Of a stretch of 64,000 nucleotides of DNA, positions 49,830-63,446 are shown piece after piece. The stretch is taken from NCBI GenBank assembly GCA_964016885.1, contig OZ024741.1, forward strand, positions 283,836,001 to 283,900,000, given 5' to 3'. The stretch comes from Eledone cirrhosa. Lineage: Eukaryota. Below the pieces are notes generated by a model, which was not told where the DNA came from, did no database searches, and saw only the letters and a list, made by a program, of their open reading frames with translations. The translations under genes and the position numbers were made by a program. The first letter of the stretch is position 1. Each line of letters starts with the position of its first letter.

Positions 49830-52800
49830 AGTCTTGTGAAGGAATCTCCCCCAGCAAGTGTTCCCTGGCCCAGCAGCAGGAATCCAGCTGTCATCCAAAA
49901 ACTGTTGGTTTTGGAGGAAGAAGCAACTGGACAAAGGAATTGATATCAATATTGGTCTATTTAAATTATAGGTGAACAAAAACTAGTGAGTCAGGCTCAT
50001 GTAATAAGAACGAATGGATGGATAAGCAGGTTGGAATTGGAGGAACTGAGTAGAGTGATTAAGCTGGAAATGGAAAGTGGGTTAGATCAGGCAAATGAGC
50101 CTGTAGAAAGTGGATTGAATCAGTGAGTCAATAGAAAATGGAGGTGAAGCAGTTGTGTGACCTTAGGAAGTGACTGACAAAGACAATGATCTAAATGTTG
50201 AAATAAATAACATCTGGATTAAAGATATGGGCATTGAGAAAATGAACACTGATGGGCAAGATTTTGTTGATATTTTGAATTTAATGGTGGATGAAATGAA
50301 TAATGATAGTGGAAAATAAATGAATCTAAGATCTATAGAAGTTAAAAGAAATGTCAGCTAAGATAAACAGGGTCGTCCCATACCTTAAGGTGAAGAATCT
50401 TCACCAATGCAATATCCTCAAAACAGCTGTAAATGTGGTGAAAGGATTGCTTGGTATAAAATCAAGAGAAAACAGATAAGAAAGGATAGAACTGTGGTGG
50501 TAGCAGTGTTTGAATGGTCAAATAAAAGAAATAAGAAAGGACATCAGGAAACTTGAATCTTTATTAAATGGAACATTACAAAACACAGATACTAAGGATA
50601 GATTGACAAGGGAATACAACACAAAGAGAAAAGGTCTAAATGTTATAATAGAGGAACTAAAGCAATGTGTCACAGCCAAAAGTGCAAAAATTAAAAGATA
50701 TGAGAGATGAGTTAGCAAATGTAAACAAAACTGCATATTCGACAACAACCAGATGTTATTTGGACAGATTGAAGAGAGAAAGAAGCAATGGTGTTATTCC
50801 TGAGACTGAATGGACTAACACATTTTGGAGAGGGATACAGGAGCAGAATATTGAGCATAATAGTCGGGCAGAGTGATTTGAGACTGTTAAAGAGGAAGTT
50901 AATGACCAAGTACACCAATTTAAGTATTATAGTTGAAGCCCTTAAAAAACAGGCCAATAAATTAACCAACTGGAAATCACCAGGCCTGTATGGTGTACAA
51001 GGATATTCAACTAAAAATATGTCTGTCCACCCAATACTGACGGCCATGTTCAATGATTGCTTGGTGTCGAGTGAAGTACCACAGTGTTTGACAAAAGATG
51101 CCCGGTTCTAATAATGAAAGACCAAGCCAAATGACATTATTAACTATAGGCCTATCACATCTCTGTCCTTGATGTAGAAATTACAAACAAGTATTATGTC
51201 AGAGGAAATCTACCACCACCTCGACATAAACAACCTCTTGTTGAAGGAACAGAAAGGATGCTGAAAGACATTGCATGGTACAAAAGACCAATTACTTATT
51301 AACAAGATGATAATAAGGATATGCAAGAGGAGGCATACTGGTCTAGTCATGGGATGGATAGGTTACAAGAAGACATTCGACATGGTTCCTCATTCTTGGA
51401 TAATCAAGTGTCTGGAAATCTTCAAGGTAGCAGACAACATCAAACTGTTATTAAGTAATAGCAGGAATACTTGGGAGACAGAGTTAATATCATCGATAGA
51501 ATCCTTGGGAGGAGTGAAAATCAAGAGAAGTATCTTCCAAAGAGAGAATTTGTCTCCTTTATTGTTTGTCCTTACCATAATGCCCTTGTCCCTCATATTG
51601 CGAAAAGCGAATGCAGGATACAAACTGGGGAGAGCTTACCATCGACCACCTCCTCTTCATTGATGGCCTAAAACTCTTCGAGAAGAGTGAGGAGTTTGAT
51701 GTACTTGTTAACATTGTTCATATTTTCAGCAATAATATATATATATGGAATTAAGTGTTAATAAGTGTGGAGTCCTAGTGGTGAGGATAGGTAAATTGAA
51801 GAGAAGCAAAGGAATTGAGGTATCTGTGAGTGAGGTGATAAAGGAGATCATCGCCAAAGAAGGATGTAAGTGTTTGGGTGTTCTGAAAGCAGGTAACATC
51901 AAGGACAATAAAATGAAGATGATAATATCTGAATATATAAGGAGAGTAAGGAATATACTAAAATCACATCTGAACAGTAGAAATGCCATATGAGCAGTAA
52001 ATTCCCGAGCTGTGTCTATTATTAGGTAGAGTGCAGGAATTCTTAAATGGAATGTAGATGAGCAAATAGAACTAGATAGAAAGATAAGGAATTAATGTCT
52101 ATCTACAGTATGTTTCATAAGAAGGGTGATGTTGATAGACTGTACTGAAAGAGATATGAATGTATAAGAGGCCTTATCAGTGTGGAGGACTGTGTTCAGA
52201 TGGAAAAGAGCTGTTTACGCAAATATATGTCTGAGAGTAATGAGCCAATGTTTAAGGCTGTATTGAAAGAGGAGACACTAGATTAGGGGTGTCCAAGAAA
52301 GAAGTAGCAACTAAGAGGAAGAACAACCTGAATGAAAAGGCCCTTTACGGCATCTTTTTGAAGAAACCAGAATTTAAAGATCCACAGACATGGGATGGTT
52401 AAAGGAAAGGGACTTTAAAAAAGCTACAGATTGAATCCTACAGGCTGCAAGCCTTTAGAACGAAGTGGATGAAACATCATAATGACAAGGAGGATAGCCC
52501 ACTTTGTAGGATCTGTGGAGAGAGAGAGAGAGAGAGAGAGGAAACTGTGGCTCACATCATGTCCGAGAGTAAACACATAGCCCAGAATCACTATAAAGGA
52601 TGGAGGCATGATATCATAGAAAAAATGATTCACTGACATTTATACATTTATACAAAATGAATAATTTACCTGATTCTGAAAAATGATGTGAGTATAAGCC
52701 AGAGTTGGTCATAGAAAACGATCGGATGAAGGTGGTGTTGTATTTCAGGATACAAACAGACAAAGAATTAGACAATAGGCTTGACCTCGTGGTGTTTGAC

Positions 52801-53165
52801 AAGAGAAAAAGAACTTGTTTGATTATAGATGTAGTTTGCCCCTTTGACATAAGAGTGTAAGGACAGGAAAGGGAGAAAATTAACTGATACCAGGATCTAA
52901 ATTGGAAACTGAAAAGGATTTGGGACTGTCATGAGATCAAGGTCGTCCTCATCATCATAGGAGCACTAGGTACTATCTTGAAGAGCTTCAAAGGCTGCTT
53001 AAAGAACATTAGCCCAGCCCTCTTTTTTGGAACATTTGAAAAGGCATGCTTACTGGGAACAACAAGAACCCTCCGATACATCTTGAATATCTAAGGCTGC
53101 GGGTAGCTGCTTGATGTTTATTAGGGCAAATTTTCTGGTTAAATAACATCCATGACGGAGATATC
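49830..53165 (+). mobile_element. Near full-length, heavily decayed Dong/R4 LINE (family of 29240 element)
   Basis: Colinear from 5' region through RT, zinc knuckle and RLE; many stops and frameshifts. Confidence 0.85.
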
Positions 53166-53179
53166 AAATTCATAGTAAT

Positions 53180-53370
53180 TACTTCTACTTTTGGCACAAG
53201 GCTAGTAATTACCCCAGTGCATTATTGGTGCTTTATTTTATTGAGCCCGTAAGGATGAAAAGCAAAGTTAACCTCGGAGGGATTTGAACACAGACCATAA
53301 AGGGCTGTAACTCTATGCTGCAACGCATGGCATCCGACCCTCTACAGATACTGCCAATCCACCGCCCAAT
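53180..53370 (-). mobile_element. Nin-domain SINE
   Basis: Matches 35710/46081 family. Confidence 0.8.
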
Positions 53371-53389
53371 CAAATTCATAATAATAATG

Positions 53390-54445
53390 ATAAAAGAGCA
53401 CAATAGAAGCGTGGAGTGGTTGACTAACATCAAAAATAACATTGGCGATAATCAACAGGTAGAATTGGAGATAACAACTGTTATGGTAACTATCCAGTGT
53501 AAAAAGATGTCAAATTAGAAATCTCCTGGCAGAGAAAGTGTTCAATAGTTCTGAATGAAAAAGCTGGGGGCACTTCATGGGAGAATTGTTGAGCAACTGA
53601 ATAAGATCTTGAATGAAGAGAGGTTGCCAGAATGGATAACCTTTGGGAGAATGATTTTGTGTTTGAAGGACCCCAGCAATGGAAATGCAGTTGACAAATT
53701 TTGACCTATCTCTTTCCTCCCTCTTATATGGAAGCTTATGAGAGGTGTCATTGCTAAGGCAATGTATGACTACCTGAAAAGCAGAAGGGATATAAGAGAT
53801 GAAGTTAGGGGACTAAGGATTAATTGTTGATGGTGGAGAGAGTACTTTGCTGTCTAAATCCAATCACAGCAGCATCTTCTGAGGTGCATAAGGGAGCTAT
53901 GACTAATTACTTGAAGGCTGAGGTTAGAAGAGCAATTAAAGAGTTCAAATGTGGCATGGCCAGTGGGGTGGATGAAATTAAGCCTGAGATGTTAAAAGCC
54001 TTAAATAGCAAAGGTATTCTCTGGCTGAAATGTTTTCAGTGTGGCTTGAATCTTTGGAAAGGCACCTAAGCAATAGCAAACAGGAGTGATAATCCCAATT
54101 TTCAAAAGAGAAGACGAGATTGCTCCAATTATAAAGTGATCTACTTGTTAAGCCTCCTTGGTAAAGTCTATGCTGTGTCTGGCAAAGAGATGTAGGGAGA
54201 TTGTCGAGTCCAAGCTAGCTAATTAACAGTGTGGTTTTTGCCTCAGACACAGCACAGCTGACAAAATATCCACAGTGTGGCAGATCTTTGAGAAATCGTG
54301 GAAGTATTACCATGAAGTGTATTCTTACTTTGTAAACCTCGAAAAGGTATATGACTGCATTCCATGGGACTTGCTGTGGAAGGTTCTGCAGGAGTATGGA
54401 ATCAATGATCAGCTTCTTGTTGCCCTGATGTCTCTATATGAATGC
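53390..54445 (+). mobile_element. Adjacent LINE RT fragments: Dong/R4-like (to ~53850) then RTE-like (~53880-54445)
   Basis: [19 protein letters not shown]; EVRRAIKEFKCGMASGVDEIKPEMLK, FVNLEKVYDCIP. Confidence 0.65.
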
Positions 54446-55650
54446 AATTTGCTACTCCCGCAGTTGATTATTACCTCCTGCATTTCATGAATTGCTATCA
54501 TTCTTTCACAGCACTGCACATCTTTGAGAGCTTTCCTCCTTTTGTGTCTCAGAGCAAGCATCATATTTCTGACAATGCATCCTTCATATTTCACATTGTT
54601 TATGTGCCAATCTCACTGAGTGCATGTCAGTCACAATAACTTTCTTAAATTCCTCTTCTAGCTTCCTGACTAGCTCTCGCTCTAGTATAGTTTCTTCTAT
54701 CACTACTAATTTACTGAACCCTAACAATCCAACTCTAATCACTCTTTTCATGGTGAACCATCATTTGTTATGGATGAAAGTCCCCATCAACACCTGGTTA
54801 ACTAATTCACTAATCCAGTTTCTGTAAGTTTTGAGTTCTAAGAAAGACATGTTCAGTTTCCTGTAACTAGGTCCCTGTCTACATTAAATTGTGGACAATC
54901 TTGCTAACCTTATCTACTTCTCTACAGAATACTCTATCTAGATACAATCTGGATAACACAAAGTGGTTTGACCAGGTCCACACTGGCTCATCCAAGTAAT
55001 CTAGTTCATAACTGCCAGACAGTTGGAAATGTCTGAGTAGGTTTGTGATGTGGTTTTTGCACCCTCCTCCCCTGTCTACTAGCCCCCACACGTTCCCATC
55101 ATATATCCAAGAAAGTGTTCCAATTGCTGACTATCACTAAAATTCCTAGAAAGATTTCCAGATACCTAAAGAAGTCTAGCTATCCTATCACTGTTGACAA
55201 AGAATGTCCTTCCCTACTGGCCACCAACTTTTGAAAACAACACAACAATCACTGACAGGCTGGAGATGTGTACATCACACAGTCCCCAAAAAGGGTGCAA
55301 AGGCTAGAGCCTGAAATATTCTGGTTTTGATGATGGCCACCACATCTATATTAAGTGACTTGTAGTAGTTGAGTAGGTAGACCTGCTTCCAAGACAACTC
55401 CAAGCAGGCCATATGCATTTACACTGCTTATCCTGAGTAAGGCCATGTTTAATGAAGAGGAAGAAAAATGAAAAGGATTCTTTACCTAAATTGTGTGGAG
55501 AAAGAATGGTTGTATTTGTATAATTTGTATGTGAGGTTGATCTGATTTGGGGAAAGATGTAATCATTTTGTGTGATATTTGTGTTGTTGTGCTGTATGCA
55601 GTGCAAGATTTTTGTTGTTTGTTTTTTATGGCTGTGTAATTTGTGCAGTT
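54445..55650 (-). mobile_element. Old Tx1/L1-like fragment (endonuclease/linker region)
   Basis: WTWSN...SRLYLDRVF; YEGCIVR similar to the 28600 region. Confidence 0.6.
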
Positions 55651-55832
55651 TCACAAAAAGAAATTAATAAAGAAAGTAAAAGACTTGAAAAAAAAGTATA
55701 CAATCCTATCTATGGATAGTTCTTTGGTGTGGTGAAAATTGATCATCCCAACTGAGGTAATACACTAGCATTGTGGCACTCTAGCTATCAAAAACAGAAA
55801 ATAGATAACAGCAATAAATGATATGTACTTAC

Positions 55833-55994
55833 CCACAGAAACATTTTTTCCATACAGGCTTATTGTACATTGATTCTCGTTACTTTTAACTCTCACAAAG
55901 TTTCCCACAATTTGTGAATAACAGTCGACATCTTTACCATCTGCGATAAATGAGGCACACTCCTGTAGTTGTTCTTGATATCCTATTTGAACAT
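55833..55994 (-). CDS. Module 4 exon A (162 nt, phase 1-1): NVQIGYQEQLQECASFIADGKDVDCYSQIVGNFVRVKSNENQCTISLYGKNVSV
   Basis: tttttcaacag acceptor, G|GTAAGT donor, three conserved Cys, four paralogs of identical length. Confidence 0.88.
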
Positions 55995-56036
55995 CTGTTG
56001 AAAAAATAATATTGAAAGATGTTGATGAAAACAATG

Positions 56037-59000
56037 GTTGTTATTGTGAGTGTTGTGGTAGCAGAGAGACAGGAGGTGTTATTGTGAGGTAGTGGTAACA
56101 GAGAGAGAGTGGTTGTTATTGTGAGTGTTGTGGTAACAGTGAGGCAGGAGGTATTATTGTGAGAGTAGTGGTGAGAGAGACAGAGAGAGAAGTGTTATTG
56201 TGAAGGTAGTGGTAACAGAGAGAAGAGGTGTTATTGTGAGGTAGTGGTAGCAGATAGAGAGAGGTGTTATTGTGAGGTAGTGGTAACAGAGAGAGGAGGT
56301 GTTATTGTGAGGTAGTGGTAACAGAGAGAGGAGGTGTTATTGTGAGGTAGTGGTAACAGAGAGAGGAGGTGTTATTGTGAGGTAGTGGTAACAGAGAGAA
56401 GAGGTGTTATTGTGAGATAGTGGTAGCAGATAGAGAGAGGTGTTATTGTGAGGTAGTGGTAACAGAGAGAGGAGGTGTTATTGTGAGGTAGTGGTAACAG
56501 AGAGAGGAGGTGTTATTGTGAGGTAGTGGTAACAGAGAGAGGAGGTGTTATTGTGAGGTAGTGGTAACAGAGAGAGGAGGTGTTATTGTGAGGTAGTGGT
56601 AACAGAGAGAGGAGGTGTTATTGTGAGGTAGTGGTAACAGAGAGAGAGAGAGGTTGTTATTGTGAGGTAGTGGTAACAGAGAGAGGAGGTGTTATTGTGA
56701 AGGTAGTGGTAACAGAGAGAGAGAGAGAGGTTGTTATTGTGAGGTAGTGGTAACAGAGAGAGGAGGTGTTATTGTGAGGTAGTGGTAACAGAGAGAGGAG
56801 GTGTTATTGTGAGGTAGTGGTAACAGAGAGAGGAGGTGTTATTGTGAAGTAGTGGTAACAGAGAGAGAGGTGTTATTGTGAGGTAGTGGTAACAGAGACA
56901 GAGGTGTTATTGTGAAGTAGTGGTAACAGAGAGAGAGGTGTTATTGTGAGGTAGTGGTAACAGAGAGAGAGGTGTTATTGTGAAGTAGTGGTAACAGAGA
57001 GAGGAGGTGTTATTGTGAGGTAGTGGTAACAGAGGGGTAGAGGGTGTTATTGTGAGGTAGTGGTAACAGAGAGAGAGGTGTTATTGTGAAGTAGTGGTAA
57101 CAGAGAGAGAGGTGTTATTGTGAGGTAGTGGTAACAGAGAGAGAGGTGTTATTGTGAAGTAGTGGTAACAGAGAGAGGAGGTGTTATTGTGAGGTAGTGG
57201 TAACAGAGAGAGGAGGTGTTATTGTGAAGTAGTGGTAACAGAGAGAGAGGTGTTATTGTGAGGTAGTGGTAACAGAGAGAGAGGTGTTATTGTGAGGTAG
57301 TGGTAACAGAGAGAGAGGTGTTATTGTGAGGTAGTGGTAACAGAGAGAGAGGTGGTGTTATTGTGAGGTAGTGGTAACAGAGAGAGAGAGAGGAGGTGTT
57401 ATTGTGAGGTAGTGGTAACAGAGAGAGGAGGTGTTATTGTGAAGGTAGTGGTAACAGAGAGAGAGGTGTTATTGTGAGGTAGTGGTAACAGAGAGAGGAG
57501 GTGTTATTGTGAGGTAGTGGTAACAGAGGGGTAGAGGGTGTTATTGTGAGGTAGTGGTAACAGAGAGAGAGGTGTTATTGTGAGGTAGTGGTAACAGAGA
57601 GAGAGGTGTTATTGTGAGGTAGTGGTAACAGAGAGAGAGGTGGTGTTATTGTGAGGTAGTGGTAACAGAGAGAGAGAGAGGAGGTGTTATTGTGAGGTAG
57701 TGGTAACAGAGAGAGGAGGTGTTATTGTGAAGGTAGTGGTAACAGAGAGAGAGGTGTTATTGTGAGGTAGTGGTAACAGAGAGAGGAGGTGTTATTGTGA
57801 GGTAGTGGTAACAGAGGGGTAGAGGGTGTTATTGTGAGGTAGTGGTAACAGATAGAGAGGTGGTGTTATTGTGAGGTAGTGGTAACAGAGAGAGAGGTGT
57901 TATTGTGAGGTAGTGGTAACAGAGAGAGAGGTTGTTATTGTGAGGTAGTGGTAACAGAGAGACAGGAGGTGTTATTGTGAGGTAGTGGTAACAGATAGAG
58001 AGGGTGTTATTGTGAGGTAGTGGTAACAGATAGAGAGGTGGTGTTATTGTGAGGTAGTGGTAACAGAGAGAGGAGGTGTTATTGTGAGGTAGTGGTAACA
58101 GATAGAGAGGAGGTGTTATTGTGAGGTAGTGGTAACAGAGAGAGGAGGTGTTATTGTGAGGTAGTGGTAACAGATAGAGAGGAGGTGTTATTGTGAGGTA
58201 GTGGTAACAGAGAGAGGAGGTGTTATTGTGAGGTAGTGGTAACAGAGAGAGGAGGTGTTATTGTGAGGTAGTGGTAACAGATAGAGAGGTGGTGTTATTG
58301 TGAGGTAGTGGTAACAGAGAGAGGAGGTGTTATTGTGAGGTAGTGGTAACAGAGAGAGGAGGTGTTATTGTGAGGTAGTGGTAACAGAGAGAGAGGGAGG
58401 TTGTTATTGTGAGGTAGTGGTAACAGAGAGAGGAGGTGTTATTGTGAGGTAGTGGTAACAGATAGAGAGGGTGTTATTGTGAGGTAGTGGTAACAGAGAG
58501 AGAGAGAGGTTGTTATTGTGAGGTAGTGGTAACAGAGAGAGGAGGTGTTATTGTGAGGTAGTGGTAACAGAGAGAGGAGGTGTTATTGTGAGGGTAGGTG
58601 TAGTAGAGAGAGGAGGTGTTATTGTGAGGTAGTGGTAACAGAGAGAGAGAGGTTGTTATTGTGAGGGTAGGTGTAGTAGAGAGAGGAGGTGTTATTGTGA
58701 GGTAGTGGTAACAGAGAGAGGTGGTGTTATTGTGAGGTAGTGGTAACAGAGAGAGAGAGAGGTTGTTATTGTGAGGTAGTGGTAACAGAGAGAGGAGGTG
58801 TTATTGTGAGGTAGTGGTAACAGAGAGAGAGAGAGGTTGTTATTGTGAGGGTAGGTGTAGTAGAGAGAGGAGGTGTTATTGTGAGGTAGTGGTAACAGAG
58901 AGAGAGAGAGGTTGTTATTGTGAGGGTAGGTGTAGTAGAGAGAGGAGGTGTTATTGTGAGGTAGTGGTAACAGAGAGAGGAGGTGTTATTGTGAGGTAGT

Positions 59001-59600
59001 GGTAACAGAGAGAGAGGTGGTGTTATTGTGAGGTAGTGGTAACAGAGAGAGAGAGGTTGTTATTGTGAGGTAGTGGTAACAGAGAGAGAGAGGTTGTTAT
59101 TGTGAGGTAGTGGTAACAGATAGAGAGAGAGAGGTTGTTATTGTGAGGTAGTGGTAACAGAGAGAGAGAGGTTGTTATTGTGAGGTAGTGGTAACAGAGA
59201 GAGAGAGGTTGTTATTGTGAGGTAGTGGTAACAGAGAGAGAGGTTGTTATTGTGAGGTAGTGGTAACAGAGAGAGAGAGGTTGTTATTGTGAGGTAGTGG
59301 TAACAGAGAGAGAGAGGTTGTTATTGTGAAGTAGTGGTAACAGAGAGAGAGAGGTTGTTATTGTGAGGTAGTGGTAACAGAGAGAGAGAGGTTGTTATTG
59401 TGAGGTAGTGGTAACAGAGAGAGTGAGGTTGTTATTGTGAGGAAGTGGTAACAGAGAGAGAGGTGTTATTGTGAGGTAGTGGTAACAGAGGGAGAGAGAG
59501 GTTGTTATTGTGAGGTAGTGGTAACAGAGGGAGAGAGAGAGGTGGGAGGAGAGATGTTGTTGTTGTTGTGAAGTAGTGGTAACAGAGAAAGGGAGATTGA
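56037..59600. repeat. Intronic 35-39-bp minisatellite array in module 4 (~3.5 kb)
   Basis: Same unit as 9600-18335. Confidence 0.97.
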
Positions 59601-60936
59601 GAGATGATGTTGTAATAGTAATTATGATAGTGATAGTGTTAGTGATTGTAATAGTCATTATGATGATGCTGGAGGCATGAAGTTTCTACTAGTTGTAATA
59701 GCAATTATGAGTGTACTAGAGGTTGCAATAGTTATTATTACTATGCCTGTGGTTATAATAGTGATTACAACACTACTGGTGACTGTAATAGTAGTTATGA
59801 GGATATTAAAGCCTGTAATAGTTATGATGGTGTTGGTGGTTGTAATAGGAGCTATGAGGGTGGTAGAATCTGTAATATTAGTGATGACATCAATGGTGGC
59901 TGTAAGAGAAGGAAAATTTGTATTTTGATCATTTCTATGCCATAGTCAGCAGAATAATTTGATTCCCTATAATATTTATCAGGGCCTCTGAGATTGCTAA
60001 GAGGCAGGTAAGAGCTGGTCTGAATATTTGCAACTGTAGACTGTCCTAACAGCATCCATGAAGCCAGGAGATGGATTAAGTCACCACTGAACAACAGGAT
60101 CATCCACCAACTCTGCTGAGCTCCCTACCACATAAATATTTCTTTCTTCCATTTTATGATCTGGAAACTTGATTTGCTGAGGATGTCTGTCAAGTTGTGA
60201 CCTCATTGTCAGATGCCTTGCCTTGTCCATTGGTAATATTTCAATACCTATTTCAATACCTAAGTTGAATTTGAACCCAGACTGTTTTATCAACCATGAA
60301 ATGATGAATGTCAAAGTTGACCTTGGAGGGATTTGAATTCCACCAATTTATTGAATATCATCAACATTTAATGTCCACTTTCCCTGGTCATCCACTTTCC
60401 CTGAACAGGTCGTCACTGACTGTGTCAGTACTGAAGTAGGTTTACTAACCTCCTAAGTGAACTTTAGCATGGCACCAGGCTCTCTGGTAACTGAGGGTAT
60501 TTATCTCACATGTATTCTTAGTGCTTACATTTTTCTGTGCATCTGCCACATACAGAGTCTATCTTAACTGTTAGCATGCCTGAAATTCCACTAGATCTCT
60601 TGTGCATCCATAGATTACACCTTATAGAATTTCTGTCCACTCCTTTCTGATAATGAATGACACTGACTATGATGTTGAAATAATTTTGAAACTAATCAAG
60701 TATTTGGATGGAATTGGTAATATAACTAACTTTCTCATTATTAACTGGCATTTGGAACATAACTTAACAAAGATATACACATACAATTATATTAGAAGTT
60801 TTTAGATTAATATAAACACTTTAGAATATAGTTTTGTATCATAAAACCAGAGGCAGTTCTATACAGTTTTGTTGAATGAATTTCAAGTAAATATGCCGAA
60901 ACAAACAACTATTTCATGAACTAAACAAAAACTTAC

Positions 60937-61008
60937 TAATGGTTTTTCTTAAACAATCAGCTGAAGGACGAACATAAACCACCTGGTAGAGGTTGTCAAG
61001 TTGATACA
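60937..61008 (-). CDS. Module 4 exon B (72 nt, phase 1-1): VYQLDNLYQVVYVRPSADCLRKTI
   Basis: cctttttttcag acceptor, GTAAGT donor, open frame, four paralogs. Confidence 0.85.
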
Positions 61009-61324
61009 CTGAAAAAAAGGAAGGCGGGCTGGTGTCACTTCGGTGATAGCATAATTAATACAGTGAATCAAGAAGTTTTAATTAATTAAAAATTAAATAC
61101 CTCCATAGATAAACAATAATAATAGTCTTAACAATATATTCTGATCAAGGCAAGAGAGACAACTTCAGCAAAGCATGATCGGTCTAACTGGGACTCTTGG
61201 ATGTTAAGAAACATATACATATATATATATATATTCTTTTATTGTTTTACTTATTTCTGTCAGTAAACAATGGTCATGCTGGAGCACAGCCTTCATTTAG
61301 TCAATCATATCAACACCAAGTAGT

Positions 61325-61640
61325 CACTCCAGGTAGAGCCTACTATTTCTCCGAATTGAGAGATCACAGCTCCGATACTATGGGCATGTGGTTAGAATGT
61401 CTCAGGGAAGAATCGCTAGACAGATTTTACAGACAAAACCAACAGGTAGGAGACCCAAGAGTAGACCCCGAGTAAGATGGTTGGATAGCATCCATGAGTT
61501 TGACTGGTCACACTCGGGGATCCACACTTGGGGATCAGTTAGAGATGGTTGCTTCTTACATGACTCACTGGGGGAAGTGTTTGAGGGTTCTGCCCCAACG
61601 ACCCTCCCAGAAATAAGAGGGCGAAGAAGGAGAAGAAAAA
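61325..61640 (+). mobile_element. RTE-clade LINE 3' fragment
   Basis: GHVVRMSQGRIARQIL..PTGRRPKSRPRVRWLDSI; (GAA)-rich tail. Confidence 0.75.
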
Positions 61641-62256
61641 GGAAATATCAACACAAGTATGTACCTTTCAAGTCTGATATTTATTTTACTCTTTTCAAAC
61701 TGCTAAGCATTGGAACATAAACATAGACACAAACATAAACACACACACACATATATACATATATACATATATATATATGACAGGTTTCTGCAGCTTCCAT
61801 CTCCCAAATTCTTCTTACAAAGCAACGGTCAACACAAGGATAAAGTAGAAGACACATGTCCAAGGTATCACAGCAGGATTGAACCCAGAATCAATTGGTT
61901 GCTAAGCTAACTCATTAACCACTCAGCCACGATTGCACCTATATATATATGCACATATATAGAGAGAGTCACAGTTTGTTTCTCTATAGTAGCTGCTGCA
62001 CAGTTTTTTCTGTGTATAGAAATATTTTACCTGATTTTCTAATGTTTTGTTCATGGCTATATTCCTGTTTGAGATTTTTTACATTTCTAAACATGTCAAC
62101 TAACTCAATGCTTCAATGTTTATTTACAATATATATATATTTGTTTAATGTAAAGAAACACTGAATGTATTTCTTTGTGGCACAAGTACTACCACTTTAC
62201 AGAGTTTACTGGGTGCATTTTATCATACTACCAGCACTAGAGAGGTTGTCATATAC

Positions 62257-62280
62257 TCAGCCAGACCCTACCTGTTAATA
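62257..62280 (-). CDS. Module 4 candidate micro-exon: 9 nt (62272-62280, VLT) or 24 nt (VLTGRVWL), both phase 1-1
   Basis: Acceptor ttgatctctctttcag; donors CAG|GTAGGG or GA|GTATAT; paralogous copy at 21506-21529. Confidence 0.45.
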
Positions 62281-63446
62281 CTGAAAGAGAGATCAAATGT
62301 AAAAGGGGAATCTATTATCCTCTCAATATGACATTAACAAGACTTGATAAAACTTGACTGACTACATCCTTTTTTTTTGTGCTGGCCACTATCAAGATCT
62401 CTACTGTCATGATCCCTGTACTGCTATTTAAATAAAAGTGGGGGGAGTGTATCCCACCTAAGGAAGGAGCCCTGTAAGGTGGAGTGGCTGATGCAGCCAG
62501 TGACACTGGCTGTTCTCTGTAACAATAGCTTTAGTATTTTGTCTACAGGGAGCAGCTGAGACATACCACCTAGACAAGGGTGTAGAATCTGTTAATCCCT
62601 TCTCCTTTTACTCTCTTTCACTGTTTATCATTTTTCTTCTCTTTCTTTAATTTATATACATACATTATATAATCCAACTGAAATTTTTATGAATAAAGTT
62701 TTCCCCTGTTAACTTTTACTGGCTGTGTGGTTATTTGAAGATGTGGAATTGATCTGGAGATTTGGAATAATGAAAATAAAACAGCTGAAGATATATTATA
62801 TAGACTAAAGTAAATAGAAAATACTTCTTTAACAAGAAATATATACTGCCAACACTTTATAGTAATACAGCTAGTACAACCTGTAAAGTGGTTGGTGAAA
62901 GGAAGGGTATCTACTTGTGAAAACCTTGGGAAAGTTCTTTGGCTGAGGTATAGACATGACAATTCCCTAGTGTTTGTGCCATGATAAAATGCACTTTGTC
63001 AAGTGTGGGTTTGTATGTCAGGCTCCTGGACCACATGACAACATGTCCAATCCTTGCTAACAGGGAAAATGGTTATTAAATGACATGAGAATAACACAAG
63101 ATATCCTGCTCCTAATTAGTTTCCTCAATTTTTCTTTTGATGAAGGGATTTTACCCTGAAATATTAAAGGCTATTAAACAATACCAAGGTGAAATTCCAA
63201 CATCTTTCTAATGCTTATTTTTAACATTTAATGTCTCGCATACATTACTGTAGTCTTCTAATAAAATATATTCTTTTAATAATACACCCTATTTTCTAAT
63301 TTATTTATTTATTTAGTAAGTACATAAAATACAGTTAAGTAAGAGATTAAAATAGGTTGACACATGACTAAGTAATACAACTGAATTATACAAAATACTA
63401 CCCACAATGCCCTGCAGAGAAAGGAAAATGTCATTACAACACTCAC

